A stretch of DNA of 64,000 nucleotides from an uncultured Clostridiaceae bacterium (GTDB taxonomy: Bacteria > Bacillota > Clostridia > Peptostreptococcales > Natronincolaceae), in NCBI GenBank assembly GCA_964390055.1, contig CAYMGQ010000001.1, positions 8,459 to 72,458 of the forward strand. The letters are read 5' to 3'. The notes under the pieces were generated by a model. That model was not told the origin of the DNA. It saw nothing but the letters and a program-made list of their open reading frames with translations, and made no database searches. Below, piece by piece: positions 41,264 to 49,872 of the stretch. Position numbers and translations under genes: made by a program. Positions within the stretch are counted from its first letter, which is position 1. Each line of letters begins with the position of its first letter.

Positions 41264-41842
41264 GTGAAAAAAAGCCTGCGAAAAGAAATTTTAGCCAGAC
41301 GAAATAGGCTGGCTAGGGAGGAAATTATACATTTAAGCCAGCAAATTATAGGAAATTTCAAAAATACACCTTTATATAGGGATGCCTATCATATTATGTT
41401 ATATCTTTCCTTTGCCAGTGAAGTGGTTACCCAAGATATTGTGGAAGACTTATTGAAGCAAAAAAAACATGTCTACATTCCCCTAACTGTGCCTAAAAGC
41501 AGGGAAATGATTGTTTCCAAACTTAAAGACCCTGAAAAGGATCTGGAGGAAGGGAATTTTGGAGTCCTAGAGCCTAGGAAGGGTGCAGTTCGCCCGACGG
41601 ACACCAATATTTTAGACCTGATAATAGTTCCGGGTTTGCTATTTGATAAAAGGGGTTACCGCATAGGATATGGTGGTGGTTACTATGATAGATTTTTACC
41701 TAAATTATCTCCTAAAACTACAAGCCTTAGCCTTGCCTTTGACTTTCAAATCCTAGAAGAAATCCCCAATGACCCCCATGACTATCCAGTTCAATATATT
41801 ATAAGCGAAAAGCAGTTTATCAAATGTCAGGATAAATTTTAA
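41264..41842 (+). CDS. 5-formyltetrahydrofolate cyclo-ligase
   Basis: LRKEILARR at the N-terminus and a GYGGGYYDR motif. I prefer the GTG start at 41264 (AAGGAGG 6 nt upstream). The ORF-track ATG at 41192 has no RBS. Confidence 0.85.
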   Translation: MKKSLRKEILARRNRLAREEIIHLSQQIIGNFKNTPLYRDAYHIMLYLSFASEVVTQDIVEDLLKQKKHVYIPLTVPKSREMIVSKLKDPEKDLEEGNFGVLEPRKGAVRPTDTNILDLIIVPGLLFDKRGYRIGYGGGYYDRFLPKLSPKTTSLSLAFDFQILEEIPNDPHDYPVQYIISEKQFIKCQDKF

Positions 41843-41850
41843 TGAAATTA

Positions 41851-41873
41851 TGGGAGTCAATTATTGACTCCCA
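41851..41873. terminator. Bidirectional terminator between the convergent 5-FCL and ATPase genes
   Basis: TGGGAGTCAA-tta-TTGACTCCCA, a 10-bp perfect stem with T-rich sequence on both sides. Confidence 0.75.
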
Positions 41874-41883
41874 TATTTTTATC

Positions 41884-43998
41884 CTATATTCTTAAAACTC
41901 TCATGGAATTTAATACGGCAATCAGAGCTACCCCAACGTCAGCGAAAACTGCCTCCCACATAGTTGCCAAACCACCGGCACCTAAAAAGAGAACCAGGGC
42001 CTTAACGGCAAAGGCAAAGATAATATTCTGCCATACTATTTTTCTAGTTTTTTTAGCAATTTCCATGGCCCTTACTAACTTATAGGGCTCATCTGTCATT
42101 AATACTACATCCGCTGCCTCAATGGCTGCATCAGAACCTAGGGCTCCCATGGCTACGCCAATATCTGCCCTAGCCAGAACTGGTGCATCATTGATACCGT
42201 CACCCACGAATACCAATTGGCCCCTTGCATCCCTATCCTTTTCTAGCTCCTCTAACTTTTTAACTTTTTGATCAGGTAGCAATTGGGCATATACCCTGCT
42301 TAGGCCTAGTTCCTTCCCAACTGCCATTCCCACCTGGTCATTGTCTCCGGTAAGCATAATTGTTTCCTTAATTCCTAGATTATTTAATTGATCAATGGTC
42401 TTTTGAGCATCCTTTTTAATCTCATCAGAAATTAATATAGAACCCATAAATTGATTATTGACCCCTATATATATTACAGTCCCTATAGCATCCACAGGCC
42501 TATAGGCAATATCCTCCCTATCCATCAGCTTGGCATTGCCAGCTAAAACCTTCCTCCCATCTATATTTACCCTGATTCCATGCCCTAGGACCTCCTCATA
42601 ATTTTCTATCCTAGTCTTGTCGATTTCCCTACCATGGGCCTTTAAAATGGATAAGGCAATAGGATGGTTGGAATAAGCTTCTGCATGGGCTGCATAATCT
42701 AATAATTCCTCTTCCTTAACTCCCCCTGCGGGGTTAATTTGTGTAACTTGAAAAACGCCCCTAGTCAAAGTCCCTGTCTTGTCAAATACTACCATATCTA
42801 CATGGTTTAGTGCCTCTAGGTAATTCCCGCCCTTTACTAGTATTCCATTTCTTGAGGCTCCCCCAATTCCACCAAAAAAGGCTAGGGGTATAGAAATAAC
42901 CAATGCACAGGGGCAAGATATTACCAGAAACACCAGGGCCCTGTAAATCCATTGGGAAAATTCCGCTCCCTCAATTAGCAGGGGAGGTATTATGGCTAAG
43001 GCCAGGGCAGAGAATACTACAAAAGGAGTGTAATATCTGGCAAATCGTGTGATAAATTTTTCTGCCGAAGCTTTTTTACTACTTGCATTCTCTACTAATT
43101 CCAAGATTTTTGTTACTGTGGATTCCCCAAATTCCTTGTCGACCCTAATAATCAATAAGGCATTTTTATTTATAAAGCCGCTTAATATACTAGTTCCTAC
43201 CCCAACCTCCCTGGGCATGGATTCACCAGTAAGGGCTGAAGTATCCACCATGGAAGCCCCCTCCACAACAATCCCATCTAGGGGGACCCTCTCGCCCGGC
43301 TTGATTATTATTAGGTCACCAACCTTGACCTCTTCTGGTGAAACCCTTTTTTCTCCCTGACTTGTCTTTAAATTTGCATAATCTGGCCGTATATCCATTA
43401 GCTTGGCAATGGATTTTCTAGAGCGGTTAACTGCCAGGTCCTGGAAGAACTCTCCCAGCTGATAAAATAGCATTACTGCAACACCCTCCGGAAATTCCCC
43501 AATGGCAAAAGCCCCCACTGTTGCAATGGCCATTAGGAAGTTCTCATCAAAAATCTGTCCCCTGAAAATATTCCTCCCTGCCCTAAGCAAAATCTCCCCT
43601 CCTACAAGGAGGTAACTTGTAAAATATAAAAGAAATTTAGCTGGACCATCCTGCCTAGAGATTATGGCTAAGGCAAAAAGTAGACCCCCCATAGCCAATC
43701 TAATTAACCGTCTCTTATTTTGGCTTGTCCCATAATCATTTTTATTTTTCCCCTTATGGCTAGCCTTCTCCCTGATAATAACATGAGGTTCTAATTTATG
43801 AACTAAATCCTCAATCATTGACAAGGTTTTTTGCCTTTGCCCCTTATCCTCTAGTTCTACAAGCAAAGTTTTTGTTGCAAAATTTAAAGAGGCTGACCTT
43901 ATATTGTCTAACTTCCTTAACTTGACCTCTATTTTGTCTGCACAACTAGCACAATCCAGTCCCTCTAAAATTAACTCTTTCCTTAATTCTATGCTCAT
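41884..43998 (-). CDS. cadA: Heavy-metal translocating P1B-type ATPase (Cd/Zn/Co type)
   Basis: 704 aa with an N-terminal HMA motif (GLDCASC), the TM6 CPC motif (SCPCALVIS), DKTGTLT, SNHP and GDGINDAP. Confidence 0.9.
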   Translation of the reverse strand: MSIELRKELILEGLDCASCADKIEVKLRKLDNIRSASLNFATKTLLVELEDKGQRQKTLSMIEDLVHKLEPHVIIREKASHKGKNKNDYGTSQNKRRLIRLAMGGLLFALAIISRQDGPAKFLLYFTSYLLVGGEILLRAGRNIFRGQIFDENFLMAIATVGAFAIGEFPEGVAVMLFYQLGEFFQDLAVNRSRKSIAKLMDIRPDYANLKTSQGEKRVSPEEVKVGDLIIIKPGERVPLDGIVVEGASMVDTSALTGESMPREVGVGTSILSGFINKNALLIIRVDKEFGESTVTKILELVENASSKKASAEKFITRFARYYTPFVVFSALALAIIPPLLIEGAEFSQWIYRALVFLVISCPCALVISIPLAFFGGIGGASRNGILVKGGNYLEALNHVDMVVFDKTGTLTRGVFQVTQINPAGGVKEEELLDYAAHAEAYSNHPIALSILKAHGREIDKTRIENYEEVLGHGIRVNIDGRKVLAGNAKLMDREDIAYRPVDAIGTVIYIGVNNQFMGSILISDEIKKDAQKTIDQLNNLGIKETIMLTGDNDQVGMAVGKELGLSRVYAQLLPDQKVKKLEELEKDRDARGQLVFVGDGINDAPVLARADIGVAMGALGSDAAIEAADVVLMTDEPYKLVRAMEIAKKTRKIVWQNIIFAFAVKALVLFLGAGGLATMWEAVFADVGVALIAVLNSMRVLRI

Positions 43999-44011
43999 GT
44001 CACCTGTCCCC

Positions 44012-44377
44012 CTAACCGTGGTTTATATGTTCAAATCCCTGTTCAAAAACATTTTTTACATGGTCATCATCTAGAGAATAATAAACCATCTTACCCTCTT
44101 TTCTAAACTTAACTAGTCTAGCTTGTTTAAGTATCCTTAATTGATGAGAAATTGCTGAGGAATTCATATCCAGGGATAAGGCAATATCCCCAACACACAT
44201 CTCAGTCTTAAGTAATGCATATAATATTTTTACCCTTGTTGCTTCTCCAAGCACCTTAAAGAAGCTAGCCAATTCATAAAGTTTCTCCTCCTGTTCCATA
44301 ATTGATTTCACTTTATCTACTACATCCTCATGTATGGCACTAGGGCTAGCTAGTTCAATATCTTCCCTTTTATTCAT
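44012..44377 (-). CDS. ArsR/SmtB-family metal-sensing repressor with an alpha5-type site (CzrA-like)
   Basis: 121 aa with a winged HTH and the C-terminal pattern DDH-x10-H-xx-H (DDDHVKNVFEQGFEHINH), which matches the DxHx10HxxH alpha5 Zn/Co site. It is directly upstream of the ATPase. Confidence 0.85.
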   Translation of the reverse strand: MNKREDIELASPSAIHEDVVDKVKSIMEQEEKLYELASFFKVLGEATRVKILYALLKTEMCVGDIALSLDMNSSAISHQLRILKQARLVKFRKEGKMVYYSLDDDHVKNVFEQGFEHINHG

Positions 44378-44391
44378 TTAATCACCCTTTT

Positions 44392-44451
44392 CATTTGAAC
44401 ATTTGAATATGTGTTCAAATGTATTATATATTATTAGCCCTAATTTTACAA
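44392..44451 (-). promoter_or_regulatory. Promoter plus inverted-repeat operator of the arsR-ATPase operon
   Basis: On the minus strand, TTGTAA (44446..44451), 17 nt, then TATAAT (44423..44428). Immediately after comes the perfect 10-bp inverted repeat CATTTGAACA (44392..44401) / TGTTCAAATG (44412..44421), which contains the TGAACA half-sites typical of SmtB/CzrA operators. Confidence 0.55.
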
Positions 44452-44555
44452 GGGAAATCCTTATAATTTATAAAAATAAATTAATCTTAAATAGTAACTT
44501 CAAATATAGAAGCTCCATATTTCAAGCAACTTGTGTTAAAGTTAACCATGAACTT

Positions 44556-44602
44556 CAAAAAAATCAAAGCCCCAGGTTACGGATTACTTATCCGTCCCTG
44601 GG
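44556..44602 (-). terminator. Rho-independent terminator after the YibE/F gene
   Basis: CCCAGG-(G)ACGGAT-aagta-ATCCGT(AA)-CCTGGG on the minus-strand RNA, followed by GCUUUGAUUUUUUU. Confidence 0.6.
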
Positions 44603-44678
44603 AGATATTTTTATATATATTTATCCTAATGGCTTTAGCTATTAGGATTTTTGTCTTTTCCTATTATCCTCATAATAT

Positions 44679-45800
44679 TTATTTTTCGCCCTGGGAAAAT
44701 TTCTCGGCCAGAAATCCTGCCGTAATAGCTGTAATAGGTATGGAGAGGACCAAACCTATACTACCGGAGAAGGCCCTAATAATTTCTGTGGCAACAATAT
44801 CTAAATTGATAATATTTGTTAAGGTCTCTTCATAGGCGGTAAAAACCAGCAATAAGGGTATGGCACTCCCAGTGTAGGCTAGTATAAGGGTATTTGCCAT
44901 TGTTCCCATAACATCCTTTCCTACATTCATACCAGAAATAACTAGGTCCTTTCTTCTTATCTGTGGATTGGCGTTTTTGATTTCCTCCATACTAGAGGCT
45001 ATGGACATACCAACATCCATAACAGCCCCCAAGGCTCCCATAATAATACCGGCAAACAATAGACCTCTAAAATCAAATTTTACCCCCTGGGGGATATACA
45101 TTAACATCATGGCCTCATCAGAGGACAGGCCTGTTAATTTCACCTTTGAACCTATAATATAGGCGATAATTCCTGCTATAAAGACCCCACCCAAAACACC
45201 TGTTATGGCTGCAAAACTCTTGGTATTTATACCTCCAACAAGAATTATAGTTATTAAAGTAATAAGAAAGGAAACAAAGACAGTTAAAATAATGGGATTA
45301 TATCCTGCTAATAGGCCAGGTAACAAGACCTTGAGTATTAATAGCATAGTTAAGGCCAAGGTTATTACGGTTTTGAGCCCCTTATACCTTCCCACAAGGA
45401 TAAGGAGGGCTATAAATATTGCAAATACTATATATACATAGGTATCTCTTAGATATTCTGAAATATGGGCCTGTAGGTCTCCATCATCGCCTATTTCCAT
45501 AGTTACCAAAACCTTATCCCCTGGTTCAATCTCTATATCGTAGCCTATATTGCCTGTCAGGCTATGAATTGTCTCAAACTCCTGGCCCTTATATTCACCT
45601 GATAATATTTCTAGGGTTACTAACATATTTTCAACAATAAAATCATTTTCAAGGCTGGCATCTTCCAAGACCTCTACATTTAATATTCTCGCCCTTTCAA
45701 TTACTAGGTCTTCCCCATAGTCCTCTTGAGCAAATGCCCAATTGTTTCCTAGTAGTAATCCCATTATAAGCAGGAATACAATAATAATTCTTCTTGTCAT
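44679..45800 (-). CDS. YibE/F-family integral membrane protein
   Basis: 373 aa with a signal/TM segment, an extracytoplasmic domain of about 110 aa, then about 7 TM helices. Confidence 0.75.
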   Translation of the reverse strand: MTRRIIIVFLLIMGLLLGNNWAFAQEDYGEDLVIERARILNVEVLEDASLENDFIVENMLVTLEILSGEYKGQEFETIHSLTGNIGYDIEIEPGDKVLVTMEIGDDGDLQAHISEYLRDTYVYIVFAIFIALLILVGRYKGLKTVITLALTMLLILKVLLPGLLAGYNPIILTVFVSFLITLITIILVGGINTKSFAAITGVLGGVFIAGIIAYIIGSKVKLTGLSSDEAMMLMYIPQGVKFDFRGLLFAGIIMGALGAVMDVGMSIASSMEEIKNANPQIRRKDLVISGMNVGKDVMGTMANTLILAYTGSAIPLLLVFTAYEETLTNIINLDIVATEIIRAFSGSIGLVLSIPITAITAGFLAEKFSQGEK

Positions 45801-45839
45801 GTCTAGCCTCCTAGTTCTAATGATTAAGTCCTAATTAAT

Positions 45840-47240
45840 TTATTGTATCATATTTAAATTATTTCCCTTACCTATATCCATTATTACAAAGGTAATATCA
45901 TCATCAATTGATTTGGTCTTTGCTATTTCTCTAATATTCCAGTTAATCATCTTCCTTAGCTGACGACCAGTAAGATGCCTATTGTCATACAGAACCTTAT
46001 CCAGGTCCTCTTGTGTCATAAAACTATTATCATGGAAATTACATGCCAAGCCATCTGTATAAAAGAATACCCGGTCCCCCTCCCGCAAGCTAATCTTGGC
46101 TTCCTTATAATCTGGTTTATATACATTGCCCAACTTACAAATAGGAAAGCCCTGACTTTTATCCAATACCTCTACTTGACCGGAGGAACGAAATAATATG
46201 GGTTCTGTATTTAATCCGGCCGAGCAATAGGAGAGGATCCCTGTGCCTTTATCGTAAATCCCATTTAATATTGCTATATGCATTTCTGATGGAACGGTAG
46301 ATTGATTAAATTCCTCATATAAGTGTAACAAATTACTTTCACAGCTTAGCATCCTAGTTTTGGAAAAGCTAACATTTTTATGGGTAACGGCCCTTTCCAT
46401 AAAGACCGTCATCATGGCAGCAGAAGAACCATGGCCGGCAACATCGGCTATGTAAATGCCCACCCTTTCATCATCAATTTTATAAATATCGTAGAAATCC
46501 CCACTAACATTTTGGCAGGGAATAAACTCCGATGTAAAATCTACATGGTTAATATTTAAAGTTTTAGCAGGCAATAATGACTGCTGTATCCTCCTAGCAT
46601 GTTTTAAGTCCCTTACAATTTTCTCATTAGCCCTTTCTAATTCTTGGGTCCGCTCCTGTACTAGGGCCTCCAGATTATCGGCATACTCTTTTATTTGTTT
46701 TGATGCATGACTCAATTCAATATAGGGAGAGTCTAAGTTATTGACAAAAATAGCCCTAAAAATTAAATAAGAACTAATAGCCTTATAGGCATGTCCTATC
46801 ATATTGTAACTATCATGGACATCATAGTATAGGGTAAAACAGGCCTCGGCAAAGACTGCAAACAACATTCCCGAAATCATCTGTATATATATTGCCTTTT
46901 TTGTTTGGCTATAGTCTATCATAAATAATGATATGGCTATTAACATCAATATCATTATTATATATTCCAGTATTATTTTCAATTGGGTTAAGCCCTGACC
47001 CTCGATAAATAGGGGTGGAAAAATATCTAGCTTATAGGTAACCAAATAAAAAATCAAAAAGGTTATAAATGAGGCTAAAACAATATAATAACCCCTCTTA
47101 TGGGCAATTTGCTTATCTTGTGGTATAAGAGCAGCCCCTAGTATTCCAAGGGCAAATATCAAACGTCCGAAAATCCAATAAGTAGTCGCAATTGCAGCCC
47201 CACTTTCGACAAAAAATCCCGGCATACCCTTATAGGTCAT
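45840..47240 (-). CDS. PP2C/SpoIIE-family serine phosphatase with N-terminal membrane helices (3' part of a frameshifted sensor gene)
   Basis: 466 aa with a membrane region, a coiled linker, and a PP2C core (ADVAGHGSSAAMMTVF, FFYTDGL). Confidence 0.85.
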   Translation of the reverse strand: MTYKGMPGFFVESGAAIATTYWIFGRLIFALGILGAALIPQDKQIAHKRGYYIVLASFITFLIFYLVTYKLDIFPPLFIEGQGLTQLKIILEYIIMILMLIAISLFMIDYSQTKKAIYIQMISGMLFAVFAEACFTLYYDVHDSYNMIGHAYKAISSYLIFRAIFVNNLDSPYIELSHASKQIKEYADNLEALVQERTQELERANEKIVRDLKHARRIQQSLLPAKTLNINHVDFTSEFIPCQNVSGDFYDIYKIDDERVGIYIADVAGHGSSAAMMTVFMERAVTHKNVSFSKTRMLSCESNLLHLYEEFNQSTVPSEMHIAILNGIYDKGTGILSYCSAGLNTEPILFRSSGQVEVLDKSQGFPICKLGNVYKPDYKEAKISLREGDRVFFYTDGLACNFHDNSFMTQEDLDKVLYDNRHLTGRQLRKMINWNIREIAKTKSIDDDITFVIMDIGKGNNLNMIQ

Positions 47241-47548
47241 AACGTGAAAAAATCAACAAAGGCTACTATAAAAAAAGTGCAAAATAAGACAATTAGTCTA
47301 GCTCTTTTATTTTTAAAATAGGTGTAATAAGTTATTATAAATATGGCGAAATAAGTAATTATACTTACTATTTCTATTAACACATGATAGTATAAAAAAG
47401 TTTCTGCATCAAAGATTGTATAGTATTTTTGCCCACAGGCACCAACTAATTGAAATACTGCAGTCAAACCTATCAATAATAGAAATAAAAATATATAGTT
47501 TTTATCAATCTTCCTTGATTTTTTTCTTAGAATCGGCATATTTTTCAT
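47237..47548 (-). CDS. Membrane fragment: the 5' part of the same sensor phosphatase gene, separated by a -1 frameshift
   Basis: 103 aa with three hydrophobic helices. It ends ...VDFFTL* at a T6 run, and the downstream frame continues FFHVMTYKGM. Confidence 0.6.
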   Translation of the reverse strand: MKNMPILRKKSRKIDKNYIFLFLLLIGLTAVFQLVGACGQKYYTIFDAETFLYYHVLIEIVSIITYFAIFIITYYTYFKNKRARLIVLFCTFFIVAFVDFFTL

Positions 47549-47629
47549 CCTCTGAGTTTTATTTATATATCTATAGGTATTATTTCGGCAAATTTCATCT
47601 TTTTCCTTTTTCCCCGGGTAGTTTTCTGT

Positions 47630-47674
47630 ATTTTTTGTATAAAAATTGTCAGGAATCCCTTTCCTGACAATTTT
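47630..47674 (-). terminator. Rho-independent terminator after the histidine kinase gene
   Basis: AAAATTGTCAGGAA-tccct-TTCCTGACAATTTT, a 14-bp perfect stem with U-rich flanks on both strands. Confidence 0.75.
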
Positions 47675-47717
47675 ATTTTCGTTTATACGTGAATTTCTCT
47701 AAAATCACCTATACTTG

Positions 47718-49142
47718 TTAAGAGTATTTATTTGGCAAAGTAACTGTAAACTTACTACCCTCTCCCTTGCGACTCTGGACACTTATCTTTCCCTGATGGG
47801 CCTCCACTAGGGTTTTTACTATGGTTAGCCCTATACCCGACCCTCCTGTCTCCCTATTCCTTGATTTATCACTTCTATAAAATCTTTCGAATATATAGGG
47901 TAGGTCTTGGCTGTCTATACCCACTCCAGTATCTGCTACCAACAACTCAAGAGTATCTGATTTTTCCACTAGGGAAACCTGGACCCTATCCCCTGTCTCA
48001 GTAAATTTATGGGCATTATTTATTAGGTTGATTAAGATCTGCCTTATTTTATCCCTGTCAGCCACCATACTTATATTTTCTTGGATATTGGCTTGCAAGT
48101 CTATGCCCAACTGGTTAAAGGTGGGTTGGAAATTTTCAATAATCTCCATTATGTCTTCTGAAAGGCAGAACTTCTCCCTTTTTATAGATATTTCATGTTC
48201 TTCTATATTGGCCAAGTATTTTAGCTCTTCCACTAATTCAATTAAACGTAAGACCTCATTTTTACATAAGTTCATTTTTTCCTGACTGGGTTGCCAAATT
48301 CCATCATTTATTGCCTCTATATGGCCTAATAATATGGTCAGGGGGGTCCTTAACTCATGGGATATATCGGAGGTCAATCTTTTTCTTAACCGGTGCTCCC
48401 TCTCAAGGGATTGGGCTAAATGATTTATGGATTGTGAAAGCTCCTGGTATTCTGAAATATTAGCCTTCATACTAATTCTAGTGTCTAACTTTCCTTGCCT
48501 AATCTTATTGGCAGCCTCTGTAATCTTTAAGATGGGGTCATAAAAACCCTTGGACAAGATATATCCCAAAATAAGGGACAAGACCACCGACACAAGGGCA
48601 GCATAAAATATTGAACTATTTACCCCCTTACTAAAGGCAATATTCTCCTCGGATATTTGAAAGGGGCCCATATAACCTATTTCCGCCCTACCAATATTCC
48701 TATCATTTATTTGTAAAGGGAAGGACCTGCTGATATAGTCCTCCTGATTATCTAGCTTCTCAGGTCTATAGTGGTGCCTCCCCCCCATCCTCATCCTACC
48801 CATATGGCCCATCATTTTACGATGCATACCCAAACCATGGCCTGTGATTGAGTGTTGTAAGAGGATTTTTCCCCCGGTGTTTTTTATAACTAGGTCAAAA
48901 TTATCAATTAGGGGTGAGGCCTGGATATTATTAATTGTAGCCCTAGTCCAGCCTTCATTTAAATTATAGGTCTGCTCTATCATATCAACTAGTTGCTTGA
49001 TTCTTTCCTCTTGTTCCCTATGCAGGTATGAATCATACTTCCTAAATACATTAATGTTAGTAATAAGGGCAACTAGTAAAATGGCAAATACCGTCCCAGC
49101 TAGGATAAATAAGATTATTTTACTTCTTAATCTTCTAAACAT
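47718..49142 (-). CDS. Two-component sensor histidine kinase (two TM, HAMP, HisKA, HATPase_c) with a His/Met-rich extracytoplasmic loop
   Basis: H-box SHELRTPLT, N-box and G-boxes (DTGVGI, GGSGIGL). I prefer the start at ATG 49140..49142, just after the response-regulator stop, with a GGGGGAA RBS. Confidence 0.9.
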   Translation of the reverse strand: MFRRLRSKIILFILAGTVFAILLVALITNINVFRKYDSYLHREQEERIKQLVDMIEQTYNLNEGWTRATINNIQASPLIDNFDLVIKNTGGKILLQHSITGHGLGMHRKMMGHMGRMRMGGRHHYRPEKLDNQEDYISRSFPLQINDRNIGRAEIGYMGPFQISEENIAFSKGVNSSIFYAALVSVVLSLILGYILSKGFYDPILKITEAANKIRQGKLDTRISMKANISEYQELSQSINHLAQSLEREHRLRKRLTSDISHELRTPLTILLGHIEAINDGIWQPSQEKMNLCKNEVLRLIELVEELKYLANIEEHEISIKREKFCLSEDIMEIIENFQPTFNQLGIDLQANIQENISMVADRDKIRQILINLINNAHKFTETGDRVQVSLVEKSDTLELLVADTGVGIDSQDLPYIFERFYRSDKSRNRETGGSGIGLTIVKTLVEAHQGKISVQSRKGEGSKFTVTLPNKYS

Positions 49143-49143
49143 A

Positions 49144-49827
49144 TTATTCCCCCGAAAATTTGTAGCCAAGCCCATAAACTGTGTGGATATATTTTTTATT
49201 AGTCTCTATTTTTTGCCTAAGATTCTTTATATGGGTATCTATAGTCCTATCATAGCCATCATAGTCATATCCCAATACCCCTACAATTAATTCCTCCCTT
49301 GTAAAGACCTTCTCCTCATTATGGGAGAGAATCTTCAATATTTTGAATTCTGTAGCTGTTAAATTAAGGGGTTTTCCCCCCTTTCTTGCCTGTCTCTTTT
49401 CTCCATCTATAACTAGGTCTCCCCCATTAAAATCCAATATATTCTTTTGGACCGGCTCTGGATAGGTCCTTCTTAGGATGGCCTTAACCCTAGCTACTAA
49501 CTCCCTAGGGCTAAAGGGCTTTGTTAGATAATCGTCGGCCCCTAAATTCAATCCCCTAATCCTATCGGCTTCCTCTGTCTTGGCCGTTAGCATTAGTATA
49601 GGTATTTGGGATTTACTACGTATCTCCCTACAAATCTCCTCTCCAGGCAAGTCAGGTAACATAAGGTCCAATATAATAAAGTCAATATCTGTATTTTCTA
49701 GTATACCGTAGGCAGATTTCCCACTAGGAGCATGGTATGCCCCATAGCCCTCTTTCTCTAAATATGCCTTAATAACATCAGCTATATTCTTCTCATCCTC
49801 AATTATCAAGATTTTTTCTTTTTTCAT
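49144..49827 (-). CDS. OmpR/PhoB-family response regulator
   Basis: 227 aa with a receiver domain (ILIIEDE...DLMLPD...K) and a winged-helix trans_reg_C domain (LTATEFKIL, VYGLGYKF). Confidence 0.9.
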   Translation of the reverse strand: MKKEKILIIEDEKNIADVIKAYLEKEGYGAYHAPSGKSAYGILENTDIDFIILDLMLPDLPGEEICREIRSKSQIPILMLTAKTEEADRIRGLNLGADDYLTKPFSPRELVARVKAILRRTYPEPVQKNILDFNGGDLVIDGEKRQARKGGKPLNLTATEFKILKILSHNEEKVFTREELIVGVLGYDYDGYDRTIDTHIKNLRQKIETNKKYIHTVYGLGYKFSGE

Positions 49828-49872
49828 AATCCAACCCCAATTCCTGTTATAATAGGCAGGAGCTTAGCCCCC

